Source: Spirochaetia bacterium (GTDB lineage Bacteria; Spirochaetota; Spirochaetia; UBA9216). From it: 64,000 nucleotides of DNA. The DNA lies in contig OZ223272.1 of assembly GCA_965140585.1 (NCBI GenBank), positions 192,001 to 256,000 on the forward strand, in the 5' to 3' direction. Positions within the stretch are counted from its first letter, which is position 1. Each line of letters starts with the position of its first letter. The translations under genes were made by a program, and so were the position numbers. Positions 48,964-58,512 of this stretch are shown here, piece after piece. The notes below the pieces were generated by a model, which did no database searches, was not told where the DNA came from, and saw only the letters and a list, made by a program, of their open reading frames with translations.

Positions 48964-50241
48964 TCATCCTTTCAAAACCGGCATTACCTCACCTGCATGA
49001 TTTATAACAGTGATACTGGCTCCAGGCCCTTTTATACTCATAGCTTTTTCAATCGCATCCTGTACTGTCCCAAACTTTTCAAACCCCAGCCTATTGGCAG
49101 CTTCTTTTCCTATACCAGTTGAGACCATAAAAGCTGTTCTATTTCCGGAAATCACTCTGCCGACATGAAGAATATGCGCTGCTACAGTCAGATCAGAAAA
49201 AGAACCGTCCTCAACCATCCGCATTACCTTCTCTGGATTTGAATATCCAAGTTCACCTACTTCAGGATGTTCTTCAGCTATTCCTTCACGGCTAGGGGTA
49301 ACCAGGATTAAAATTCCATCTTCTTTCAAAGCTAAATCTGCGGAATAAACACCCTTAGATGATTGCCACATATTCATATGAGAGGGATAGGCATCAGAAA
49401 TTACAATATCAGCGAGTTCTTTTATTTCACATCCGTAGACATCTTCCGAAGCTCTGCAGCCGGCTTTATGTGCTTTCACCGGATCACCGCAGACACAGAG
49501 ATAAACGTTTCCGTTCCCTGCCTGTACAGTGTTGAAAATAAATTTCAGACCAGCTTCAACTCCAACACGATCAATTTCACGTCTGACAGGATTATCAATT
49601 TTGCCCATAATGTCGATACCGGAGAAATCTCTGGCACTCAGCCAATGAGTCTGCCCTGTTGTTACAGCCCCACAAACTCCAGGCTGTACTATTTTTGCAC
49701 CACCGGAGTATCCGGCAACTCTGTGCGGAACGATATGCCCTACACCGATTACAAAATCAGCTTCAACAAGCATTCTATTAATCACAATTTCAGTACCATT
49801 CTCTGTTTTTCCAATCTCGATAAGATGTTCATTGTCGTACCACAGATGATCATTAACTTTGAAATTAGAGGTAACCCATTCTCCGTACTTGGATATTTTT
49901 TCTCCATCAGTCATTGCCCTGTGAGTTCCTGAAGCAACCAGCAGTTCTATTTGTTCTTTCTTTACCCCAGCTGACTCAATTTCCTGTATTAAAATAGGAA
50001 GTATCTGCTCAGCAGGAGTCATCCTAGTATAATCATCTACAAGAATTAGAACTTTCTCTTCACCTCCAAGCATTTCTGAAAGACGGGGAGTACCTACCGG
50101 ATTCTTCAATGCTTCTTTTATCAGAATGTCTATTGAGCGAGAATCCATCCGGACATCATTAGGCTTTATAATAGTGAGGATTCGGTCTTCTGGAATCATC
50201 GCACCAGGAATATCTTCATGCGGAAACTTCAGATTGAACAT
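48964..50241 (-). CDS. LarA-family nickel-pincer-dependent alpha-hydroxy acid racemase/epimerase
   Basis: ALKNPVG, DDYTRMTP, ASGTHR, PHRVAGYSGGAKIVQPG and NMWQSSKG motifs. Confidence 0.88.
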   Translation of the reverse strand: MFNLKFPHEDIPGAMIPEDRILTIIKPNDVRMDSRSIDILIKEALKNPVGTPRLSEMLGGEEKVLILVDDYTRMTPAEQILPILIQEIESAGVKKEQIELLVASGTHRAMTDGEKISKYGEWVTSNFKVNDHLWYDNEHLIEIGKTENGTEIVINRMLVEADFVIGVGHIVPHRVAGYSGGAKIVQPGVCGAVTTGQTHWLSARDFSGIDIMGKIDNPVRREIDRVGVEAGLKFIFNTVQAGNGNVYLCVCGDPVKAHKAGCRASEDVYGCEIKELADIVISDAYPSHMNMWQSSKGVYSADLALKEDGILILVTPSREGIAEEHPEVGELGYSNPEKVMRMVEDGSFSDLTVAAHILHVGRVISGNRTAFMVSTGIGKEAANRLGFEKFGTVQDAIEKAMSIKGPGASITVINHAGEVMPVLKG

Positions 50242-50290
50242 AAAATTAACCTCTTAAAGTAGGGGAAGAACTAAGCCTTCCCCGTTTTCT

Positions 50291-51172
50291 TTAAAGCATC
50301 TGGAGACGTACCAGTTCTTTTTTAATGGCATTAACTTCGTCTGCAGTTGCAGGGACAAAGGGCTTTCTCGGATAAGCTTTAATAATTCCCCGTATTTCCA
50401 GCATTGCATAAACGGCAAGCTGAGTGGATCTTGCAAGATACATAACATCTCGCAGTTCGTTGATCTTAAACTGGGTCTCACCACAGGCTTTCATATCCCA
50501 ACGCATACCCTCTTCAAACATCTGTTTATTAATTTCGGGGAAGGCATTGGCAAGTCCCGGAATAAAGGCTTCACATCCAAGAACCCTTGCTGAAGCAAAC
50601 ATCGCCTCGGTGCCCAGAGCGACATCAAATGATTCATCTTTTAGAACTCTGTGGTATGAGGCATGTGTGAGGATATTAAATGTAGCATCCTTTACTCCTG
50701 CGAGACCTCTTGCCTTTAACTTTTTAACAGTATCAAGTCCAATTTCGTATCCCTGAAATCCAGGATTGTTATACAGGTACACAGGGATTTTAACGGACTC
50801 TATCAGATCAGTATAGAAATCAATCAGATCATCTTCGTTATGGGAAAAGTAAAATGGTCCAACTGCTGCCACAGCATCAACTCCGGAAGCTTCAGCATGT
50901 TTTGCCAGTTCAACAGACTCAATATTATTTGTTGTACCAATCATAGGTATTACGGGAATATCACCTTTAGTAATAGCAATTGTCTCTTCAACAACTTTTT
51001 TTCTCTCATCAAGATTCATCATCGGACCGGCTCCGTAAGAACCGGTAATGAATAAACCATCAACTTCATCTTTTAGAAACTTAACGAGAGTTTTTAGACC
51101 TTCAACATCAAGTTCTCCGTCTTCCTTAAATGGTGTAAGCATAGGGGGAGTAACCCCTTTCATTTTAAACAT
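50291..51172 (-). CDS. DHDPS/NanA-family class I aldolase/lyase
   Basis: TPF, GSYG, LYNNP (Tyr) and GVKDAT (Schiff-base Lys). Confidence 0.88.
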   Translation of the reverse strand: MFKMKGVTPPMLTPFKEDGELDVEGLKTLVKFLKDEVDGLFITGSYGAGPMMNLDERKKVVEETIAITKGDIPVIPMIGTTNNIESVELAKHAEASGVDAVAAVGPFYFSHNEDDLIDFYTDLIESVKIPVYLYNNPGFQGYEIGLDTVKKLKARGLAGVKDATFNILTHASYHRVLKDESFDVALGTEAMFASARVLGCEAFIPGLANAFPEINKQMFEEGMRWDMKACGETQFKINELRDVMYLARSTQLAVYAMLEIRGIIKAYPRKPFVPATADEVNAIKKELVRLQML

Positions 51173-51233
51173 ATACTGCTCCTTCTAAAAAGTTTTATTT
51201 TCGAGTAAGTAATAATTTTCCGGTAAATACGGG

Positions 51234-52211
51234 TTAATTTACCCTGTAAACCGGTCTTCCATTTGTAAGCATTTCATAGACGTTAGCAGCAACTTTCCGC
51301 TGAAGCTCTGCAATAGATGTCTCGGAGTACCACCCCAGATGAGGGGTTACAGTTACGCGTTCAGGATACTTCAGAAGTTTAGAGATGTTGTAATCAGCAT
51401 CCTGCCCTTCAAGAACATCTAGACTCGCATAACGAATTTTTCCGGATACAAGAGACTTAATCAGAGCGTCCTCATCAATCAATCCGCCTCTTGAAGTATT
51501 AACAATGCACGAACCATCTTTCATTTTTATAAAAGCATCATGGCTGAACATGTGTTCTGTTTTATTATTTAATGGAGCATGAATGGAGATAAGATCAGAT
51601 TGCTCCAGGACTTCATTGAGTGACACAAACTCTATCCAAGGCCAGGATTCCTTATCTGTAAAAGCCGGGTCAAAAGCAAGAATTCTGCAATCGTACGCTT
51701 TAAGTTTTTCAGCGGTACGTCGTCCAATATTTCCAAATGCAATCAGGCCAATAGTGCTTTCTGAAATTCTTTTTAAAGGCTTAATTGATTCATACTTCCA
51801 GCTGTTTTTGTGTATAAGATAGTTCGCATGAGATAACGCTCGAAAGCAATTAAGGATATGAGACATGGCCGTATCTGAAACTTCTTCGATGCAGTAATCA
51901 GGTACATTTGATACAGCTATACCTTTATCGTTAGCAGCTTCAATATCTACCACATCAACTCCAATGGCATAACGTGCAATAATCTTACACTTCTCCATTG
52001 CTTCTATCACTCTGCGGTTTATCTTTGCAAACTGAATAATAACGGCATCGGCATCCTGAACATAAGGTATTAGTTCTTCAGACTCAATAATTCCGCCTGA
52101 TTTGATTTTTGTAAGATCAACAATCTCAACACTATCAAGCTTATTCAGGATTTCAAGCTCGGCTGAATTATCAGGATAATAGTAATCGGTGAAAACAATT
52201 TTAAAACTCAT
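51234..52211 (-). CDS. D-2-hydroxyacid dehydrogenase (CtBP-like)
   Basis: RYAIGVD, PDYCIEEVSD, FGNIG, NTSRG and TPHLGWYS motifs. Confidence 0.9.
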   Translation of the reverse strand: MSFKIVFTDYYYPDNSAELEILNKLDSVEIVDLTKIKSGGIIESEELIPYVQDADAVIIQFAKINRRVIEAMEKCKIIARYAIGVDVVDIEAANDKGIAVSNVPDYCIEEVSDTAMSHILNCFRALSHANYLIHKNSWKYESIKPLKRISESTIGLIAFGNIGRRTAEKLKAYDCRILAFDPAFTDKESWPWIEFVSLNEVLEQSDLISIHAPLNNKTEHMFSHDAFIKMKDGSCIVNTSRGGLIDEDALIKSLVSGKIRYASLDVLEGQDADYNISKLLKYPERVTVTPHLGWYSETSIAELQRKVAANVYEMLTNGRPVYRVN

Positions 52212-53239
52212 CAGAGGACACCCGCCTTCTTAAGTATGTCTATAGCCCCCTTAATGTTAAGCATGTCAATATCTGCAACATCAGTTATTGCATCAACATT
52301 CCCCTTCCAGTTCATTTTATTTTTAAGGATATGTGAATAAATATCACAACGTCCTTTGTGTCCGACAAGGATAATATCTGAGTCCATGGGAAGCCCCATT
52401 TCATCAAACTGCTTGAGAGAATGCATATCTTCTGCAGCAATTAGAGATTCAACAAATAGTTTACGTTCATACCATTTTGTTTTAAGAAGAACATCAAGAA
52501 ATCTGGTCATAAGAAGAGACCTTAGAAACCCTCCGGTTTCTACCCATTTGAAACCATAATCAATTACTCCTGTATCAAAATAATTTTCCGGTTCAGCTTC
52601 CCCTTCAGGTCCTTCTATCGATTTACCGAGAAAAGTTTCCTTCTTGATGGCTTCGTATACCTGACCTGACAAAGTAGTCAAACTGCTTAAAACCTTACCC
52701 TCATGGCTCATTGATATGAACTTTGTATGAGACGACAGTATTACCATTATGAAAGGAAGTTTAAAATTATATGCTGCCAGCATTCCGGCTACCTGAACTT
52801 CCTCACCCCTCATAAAATCAAGCATTCCAACTTGCTCAGGTTTTGTATTACCGGGATCAAATTTGTTTTTAATTCCAGGAATAAAATAAATTGGAATATC
52901 GAGCGGGAACACTTCCATATCATGGACTTTTTTTAATCCTGCAGCCAACTCATCAGGCCCGGCAGGAACCCATAGATGAGGAATCTCAATTAGACCAATT
53001 TCAGATGTAATCATCCCTGCACTTACAGCGAATTCTATATCCTGTAATTTCAAACCGGCGTTTTCAACTGCCTCAAGAAAGGCTTCCTTCAGACCGTTTT
53101 TTAATGCATCCTTACTTCCGGTCATTGATGTATCACGAACACCGACCTTACGGACACCCTTGCCGATAATTTTTTCATTTTCATCTATAATATAAACTCT
53201 TGAGTTTGTTGTTCCGCAGTCTATTGATGCAAAATACAT
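52211..53239 (-). CDS. dgoK: 2-dehydro-3-deoxygalactonokinase family
   Basis: IDCGTTNSR, GMITSEIGL.EIPH, DFMRGEEVQ and SHTKF motifs; the actual substrate may differ. Confidence 0.82.
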   Translation of the reverse strand: MYFASIDCGTTNSRVYIIDENEKIIGKGVRKVGVRDTSMTGSKDALKNGLKEAFLEAVENAGLKLQDIEFAVSAGMITSEIGLIEIPHLWVPAGPDELAAGLKKVHDMEVFPLDIPIYFIPGIKNKFDPGNTKPEQVGMLDFMRGEEVQVAGMLAAYNFKLPFIMVILSSHTKFISMSHEGKVLSSLTTLSGQVYEAIKKETFLGKSIEGPEGEAEPENYFDTGVIDYGFKWVETGGFLRSLLMTRFLDVLLKTKWYERKLFVESLIAAEDMHSLKQFDEMGLPMDSDIILVGHKGRCDIYSHILKNKMNWKGNVDAITDVADIDMLNIKGAIDILKKAGVL

Positions 53240-53247
53240 AAAACCTC

Positions 53248-54225
53248 CTATTTCCCATTCTTTTTCTTTCTGTAATAGATCATAATCATTATAAGAACTA
53301 TAAATCCGTTAGCCATCTTCCTTCCTGCTTCAGGCATTTTTATTACTGTCAGAATACCTTCAAGCATAATTATTATAAGTGCTCCAGCAACGGTACCAAC
53401 ATAGCCGCCTTTACCTCCCGTCATTGCAGTTCCTCCAATAACGACAGCAGTAATAGACCACATTGTGTATTCCTTTCCAGAATCAAGAAAAGCCCGCGAA
53501 GTATTTCCTGAAAGTAAAAATCCAGTGAGCGCTGCGATCATTCCGCTTAAAGCATAAACAAGCGAACGCAGCTTCTTGACTTTTATACCTGTAAATCTGG
53601 CAGCAACCGGATTCATTCCAAGATGATATATCTTGCGGCCGGTGACCGTCCCCCTTAAAAACAATACGGTTATTATAGTGAGCAATAGCCATATCCATAC
53701 AATAGAGGGAAGCCCTCCGAAAGCACCTGCTCCTAGCCTTTCAAGTATTGGAGAAGCCAATCCCTTTGGAGCCCCCTTTATTGAGATAAGCATTACCCCG
53801 CTGACAAGTGAACTAGTTGCAAGCGTCATAACCAGTGGTGAGATATTCAAATATGAAACCCCCAGTCCGTTAACCAGACCGAAAAGAGCACCAATTAGCA
53901 TTACAAGTAATAGTGCCCATATTGTGTTTGAGTTCTGGGCATTAACAAAAAGACACCCGTAAATCTGCCCCATAGTAATAAGATTACCGATACTAAGATC
54001 TATTCCCCCAGTCAGAATTACCATAGTTTGACCTATTGAACAGATTCCGACAAAGGCAGCAGTTCTTAAAATATCCTTAATATGAGAAACTGAAGCGAAT
54101 CCGTCTGAAATAATCTCCCCGATGATGAACATAGCAATTATAACAAGGTATAGAAGAACAAGTATCTTATTCCGTATAACTGTATCTTTTATTGACTGCT
54201 GATTAATTCTCTGCTGTATAATCAT
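53248..54225 (-). CDS. Monosaccharide ABC permease
   Basis: GGIDLSIG and AVVIGGTAMTGG motifs. Confidence 0.92.
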   Translation of the reverse strand: MIIQQRINQQSIKDTVIRNKILVLLYLVIIAMFIIGEIISDGFASVSHIKDILRTAAFVGICSIGQTMVILTGGIDLSIGNLITMGQIYGCLFVNAQNSNTIWALLLVMLIGALFGLVNGLGVSYLNISPLVMTLATSSLVSGVMLISIKGAPKGLASPILERLGAGAFGGLPSIVWIWLLLTIITVLFLRGTVTGRKIYHLGMNPVAARFTGIKVKKLRSLVYALSGMIAALTGFLLSGNTSRAFLDSGKEYTMWSITAVVIGGTAMTGGKGGYVGTVAGALIIIMLEGILTVIKMPEAGRKMANGFIVLIMIMIYYRKKKNGK

Positions 54226-55220
54226 TTTGAACCGACCTTAAGTAATCTGCGTATTCTGCTTTTATTAATTTTGGGACCTGAACCTTCGTTATTCATCGAA
54301 GTAAGTGTAAGAGCAATTATTATGACCAACCCCTTGGCAACAAACTGGTAGAATGTGGAAACTCCAACCAGATTTAAAATATTATCTATTAAATAGAAAA
54401 TGTAAGCCGCTCCCAGTATTCCAGTAACTCCCCCGCGTCCTCCCGATAGAGCAACTCCACCGATTACTGCGACGGCAATAGAATTCATAACATATGGATC
54501 CCCTACCAGAGGATCGGCTGATATCATCATTGCAGAGAGAAACATACCGGCAAGTGCCGCATATATACCACTGATTCCGTAAGTGAGAATTTCTATCTTC
54601 TTCACCGGAATACCTGATTCAAGAGCAACTTCTTTATTGCCGCCTACAGCATAAACAGAACGTCCGAAGACTGTATTTTTCAAAACGGCTCCGGTTAGAA
54701 AAATTACTGCGATTATTATTATCAGAGGTACTGGTATAAGTCCAAAAAGTTTTCCTGTTACTCCATGATAGACTGACATGGATATTTCGCCACCAGGCAC
54801 ATCCATTATAAGTAAAGTAACACCGTACCAGATAGTACTTGTCGCAAGCGTAACTATAAACGGTGGAAAACCCCAGTGTGAAATTATAAATCCATTGGAA
54901 AGACCTATAAGCAGGCCTACTATTACGGGAACAGTCAGCCACAGAAGAATATTCAATGGAGTATCAACAAATGGAAGATTTGCGGCAACAACATTACATA
55001 ACCCGATAATAGCACCGACCGATAAATCAATTCCTCCTGTCAAAAGGACAAACATCTGCGCTATACCTGCCATTAGAAGCGGTGTTATTCTGGTGAAAAG
55101 ATTTACATTGTTAGCCCAGGTAAAAAACCTCGGCTGCAGCAAACATGCCAATATATAAATCAAAACTGCTATAATATAAACTGGAATATAAATTAATCGA
55201 TCACGCTGCTTAACCTTCAT
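54222..55220 (-). CDS. Monosaccharide ABC permease
   Basis: GGIDLSVG, GRSVYAVGGN and AVIGGVALSGG motifs. Confidence 0.92.
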   Translation of the reverse strand: MKVKQRDRLIYIPVYIIAVLIYILACLLQPRFFTWANNVNLFTRITPLLMAGIAQMFVLLTGGIDLSVGAIIGLCNVVAANLPFVDTPLNILLWLTVPVIVGLLIGLSNGFIISHWGFPPFIVTLATSTIWYGVTLLIMDVPGGEISMSVYHGVTGKLFGLIPVPLIIIIAVIFLTGAVLKNTVFGRSVYAVGGNKEVALESGIPVKKIEILTYGISGIYAALAGMFLSAMMISADPLVGDPYVMNSIAVAVIGGVALSGGRGGVTGILGAAYIFYLIDNILNLVGVSTFYQFVAKGLVIIIALTLTSMNNEGSGPKINKSRIRRLLKVGSK

Positions 55221-56746
55221 GCTCTTACCTCATCGCCATCTATATCAAGTACTGAAACAGCGGCTTTCATAATATTTTCCTCGGTGATTTCAGCTCCCGT
55301 CAGCTCTGCGGTAAACCTGCAGTTATTCATAACAAGGACTTTATCACTGACACCAATCAGCTCGAGCATATCGCTTGTATACATCAGCACTGCTGTATTT
55401 TTGCCGGCTATTTCTCTGATAATTCTGTATATTTGCTGTTTTGTTCCTACATCCACACCTTTTGTAGGTTCTATAAGAATAATTACTTCAGGATTTCCTA
55501 CAAGCCACTTACCAAGAACGAGCTTCTGCATATTTCCACCGGAGAGTGATTCGGCGTTTTGATATTCAGAGCTGATTTTAACAGACAGTTCTTTAACCAT
55601 TTTTGCTACCGCAGCCTGCTCTTCATTTCTTTTTATAAAACCCATTTTTTTACGCTTATCAAGCGTGGCAGCAGATATATTCTCATAAACTGAGGCACCA
55701 AGAAAAACGCCTTCTTCCCCGCGGTTTTCAGGTATTAAAGCCATTCCGGCTTTTACAGCATCTGACTGGTTATGAATAATTCTTTCAGTACCGTTAATTA
55801 AAATCCTAAGCTCTTCAACATGTTCAAGACCGAACATAGACTGAAGAAGTTTAATCTGCCCCTGCCCCTGCAATCCACCGATACCAAGGACTTCCCCTTC
55901 TTGTATATTGAGTGCAACCGGCTTTTCTTCCGGATTAAACTTAACCGACATCGAGAATATTTCATTTTCTGAAAGTTTTTCAGCCTTGGGCGGAAAGATA
56001 TCTTTCAAATCACGGCCGACCATTTTTGATATAAGTTTATTCTCATCAAACTCTGAAATCTGATCAGTAACAACTTTTTTACCATCTTTCATTATGGTAA
56101 CCCGATCCGCAAGCTCAAAGATCTCTTCAAGGCGATGTGATATATATATTATCGCCTTTCCCTCTTTCTTAAGTTTATTAACAATCTGAAAAAGAATCTT
56201 TACCTCATCTTTTGATAGAGATGCTGTAGGTTCATCAAAAATAATAATTTTAGGATTCTGTGACAGGACTTTTCCGATCTCAACCATTTGCCTGACAGCC
56301 ATAGGAAGACCCGATACAAGCTCTTCCGGATCAAGCTCAAGGTTAACATTCTTCAGAACATCCACGGCTCTGCCGTTCACTTTCTTCCAGTCAATACGCC
56401 CATTTTTCCTTGGCCACATACCCATGGAAATATTTTCAGCTACCGAAAAATCAGGAAGCAGTGAAAGTTCCTGATAAACAACGCCAATACCCTTCCTTCG
56501 GGATTCAGCATTTGTAGACAGGGAACATTTTTCTCCTTCAATGATTATCTGTCCTGTCTCAGGCTGGTGAACACCGGCAAGCATCTTCATCAAAGTGCTC
56601 TTACCTGCTCCATTTTCTCCAACAAGACAATGGACCTCACCTGATCTGCAGTCGAAACTCACCTTATCAACTGCCCTGTTCCCGGGAAAGTCTTTAACAA
56701 CTTCAATCATTTCCAGCATAATTCTATTACTTTCCATTAAGTTCAT
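55217..56746 (-). CDS. Monosaccharide ABC ATPase
   Basis: GENGAGKST, FDEPT and LSGGNMQK motifs. Confidence 0.95.
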   Translation of the reverse strand: MNLMESNRIMLEMIEVVKDFPGNRAVDKVSFDCRSGEVHCLVGENGAGKSTLMKMLAGVHQPETGQIIIEGEKCSLSTNAESRRKGIGVVYQELSLLPDFSVAENISMGMWPRKNGRIDWKKVNGRAVDVLKNVNLELDPEELVSGLPMAVRQMVEIGKVLSQNPKIIIFDEPTASLSKDEVKILFQIVNKLKKEGKAIIYISHRLEEIFELADRVTIMKDGKKVVTDQISEFDENKLISKMVGRDLKDIFPPKAEKLSENEIFSMSVKFNPEEKPVALNIQEGEVLGIGGLQGQGQIKLLQSMFGLEHVEELRILINGTERIIHNQSDAVKAGMALIPENRGEEGVFLGASVYENISAATLDKRKKMGFIKRNEEQAAVAKMVKELSVKISSEYQNAESLSGGNMQKLVLGKWLVGNPEVIILIEPTKGVDVGTKQQIYRIIREIAGKNTAVLMYTSDMLELIGVSDKVLVMNNCRFTAELTGAEITEENIMKAAVSVLDIDGDEVRA

Positions 56747-56793
56747 CTTCCTAAATTGTGTTCCCGGTTTTTAGCCGGGAACACAGGTTAATA

Positions 56794-57822
56794 TCAGTTC
56801 TCAAAAATTGCTTTGATTCGATCATCAGGGAGCTGAGAATTACACCAGAAACTGTCTGAAAGTTCAGGTTTAACATACTCATCAATTGTATCAGATGTAA
56901 TTGTGGGAATTGGAATTACCTGAGTTTTAGGAACGGTCTTTCCATCAAGAGCATCAACTGCAACCTGCATAGCTTTTGCACTGATCCATGTAGGCATACT
57001 TGTAGCAATTGAATCAAATCCTGTACCTTCATCTTTCAGTTTCTTCCACACCTTAAGAAAACCGTTTCCATCTTCACCTGTTACAGGAGGAATAGTAAGA
57101 CCACGTTCGTAGTACGATTTTACAACAGCTTCACTCATTGCACCGCCCTGAGACCATACCCCGTCAATCTTTACATTGGAAGCAAGTATATTTTCCATAG
57201 CTCTTTTTGCTTTAGCAAAATCCCAGTCCGCATATACTTCATTCACAATTTCAATTTCAGGGTACTTATTAAGTACTGATAATGCACCTTCATAACGTTC
57301 GGCTGAAATTGAAACACCTTTTGTTCCGTTAAAAGCAACGACTTTACCTTTGCCGCCCATAGCCTTGGCCAGCCATTCACCCTGAACCCGACCAAATTCA
57401 ACCTGGTCTACAGTAACTCGTGCAGTAATGTTGTCTGTATCAATCTTTCCATCAAACTCAATTACAATAATACCGGCTGCTACTGCTTTATCAACTACCG
57501 GAATGAGAGCCTTTGGATTCATAGGAGTTATACAGATTGCATCAACGCCTCTTGCAATAAGGTCTTCAATATCCGAAATCTGCTTTGAAACATCGTCATT
57601 TGCTTCTGTTGTCACAAGCTCTTTAATCTTCGGGTTTATTGAAGCTTCATATCTTGCTTCTTCCATCATCTGAACACGCCATGAGTTTCCAAGACTGTAA
57701 TTACTCAGACCAATCACATAACCGTCACTGCTTCCTGATGCAGCTTCCTGCTGACCTCCGGCAAATACAAAGCCGCCGGCCAAAACCAGTACACATAGTA
57801 CTAACGCTAAACGTTTAAACAT
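56794..57822 (-). CDS. Monosaccharide ABC substrate-binding protein
   Basis: Signal FVFAGGQQE, IGLSNYSLGNSWRVQM and KQISDIEDLIARGVDAI. Confidence 0.92.
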   Translation of the reverse strand: MFKRLALVLCVLVLAGGFVFAGGQQEAASGSSDGYVIGLSNYSLGNSWRVQMMEEARYEASINPKIKELVTTEANDDVSKQISDIEDLIARGVDAICITPMNPKALIPVVDKAVAAGIIVIEFDGKIDTDNITARVTVDQVEFGRVQGEWLAKAMGGKGKVVAFNGTKGVSISAERYEGALSVLNKYPEIEIVNEVYADWDFAKAKRAMENILASNVKIDGVWSQGGAMSEAVVKSYYERGLTIPPVTGEDGNGFLKVWKKLKDEGTGFDSIATSMPTWISAKAMQVAVDALDGKTVPKTQVIPIPTITSDTIDEYVKPELSDSFWCNSQLPDDRIKAIFEN

Positions 57823-57867
57823 TTAATCCCTCCTGAGAAAATAATATTCCGGTCTTTCCGGATATTT

Positions 57868-58512
57868 TTATATAATAGCTACAGCTCTACAGGGAGCTCC
57901 TTCTCTTCCCTCCAGTTTAAGCGGAAGAGCAATAATTAAAATCTTTTTTTTATCCGGCAGCTTCTCGAGGTTAGCCAGATTTTCAACTATTGGAATACCG
58001 GCTTCAAACAGAGTTTTATGTGCAGGACTGTCGGGGCTGCCAACAGGATCGACCGCCGTGGCATCTGTCATATAACAGGATATTTCTTTTTCCACCAGAA
58101 CACTTACCAGTTCAGATGAAGGCCATGAATACGATGAATTGTATAATGATGTCTCTGCATATTTACCAACACCGGTTTCGATTAGGAAAATGGATTTTTC
58201 ATCAAGGGAATCAAGCGAAGGTTCAATATCTTCAGGGCCGAAAGCCTTCCCTTCCTTTCCGCTTTTCAGTCTGAAAACTTGCGTCTCGCCATAAAAACGC
58301 TCGAGCCCAATCCTGTCTATAGGTTCTCCATTAGATGTAAAGTGCAATGGTGAATCAACATGTGTTCCGGTGTGGACAAGCATAGACATCTTTGTCAAAT
58401 TATAACCTTCTGAATTAAACCTGCCCCTCCATTCATAAACAGGACGATCGTTCCCCGGATACACAAGCATTTTTTCCGACAGTGAATAAGTCAAATCGAT
58501 GATGCGGCCCAT
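57868..58512 (-). CDS. Cyclase family (KynB-like) metal-dependent hydrolase
   Basis: HTGTHVDSPLH motif, IVENL and PLKL.G.EGAPCRA. Confidence 0.9.
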   Translation of the reverse strand: MGRIIDLTYSLSEKMLVYPGNDRPVYEWRGRFNSEGYNLTKMSMLVHTGTHVDSPLHFTSNGEPIDRIGLERFYGETQVFRLKSGKEGKAFGPEDIEPSLDSLDEKSIFLIETGVGKYAETSLYNSSYSWPSSELVSVLVEKEISCYMTDATAVDPVGSPDSPAHKTLFEAGIPIVENLANLEKLPDKKKILIIALPLKLEGREGAPCRAVAII

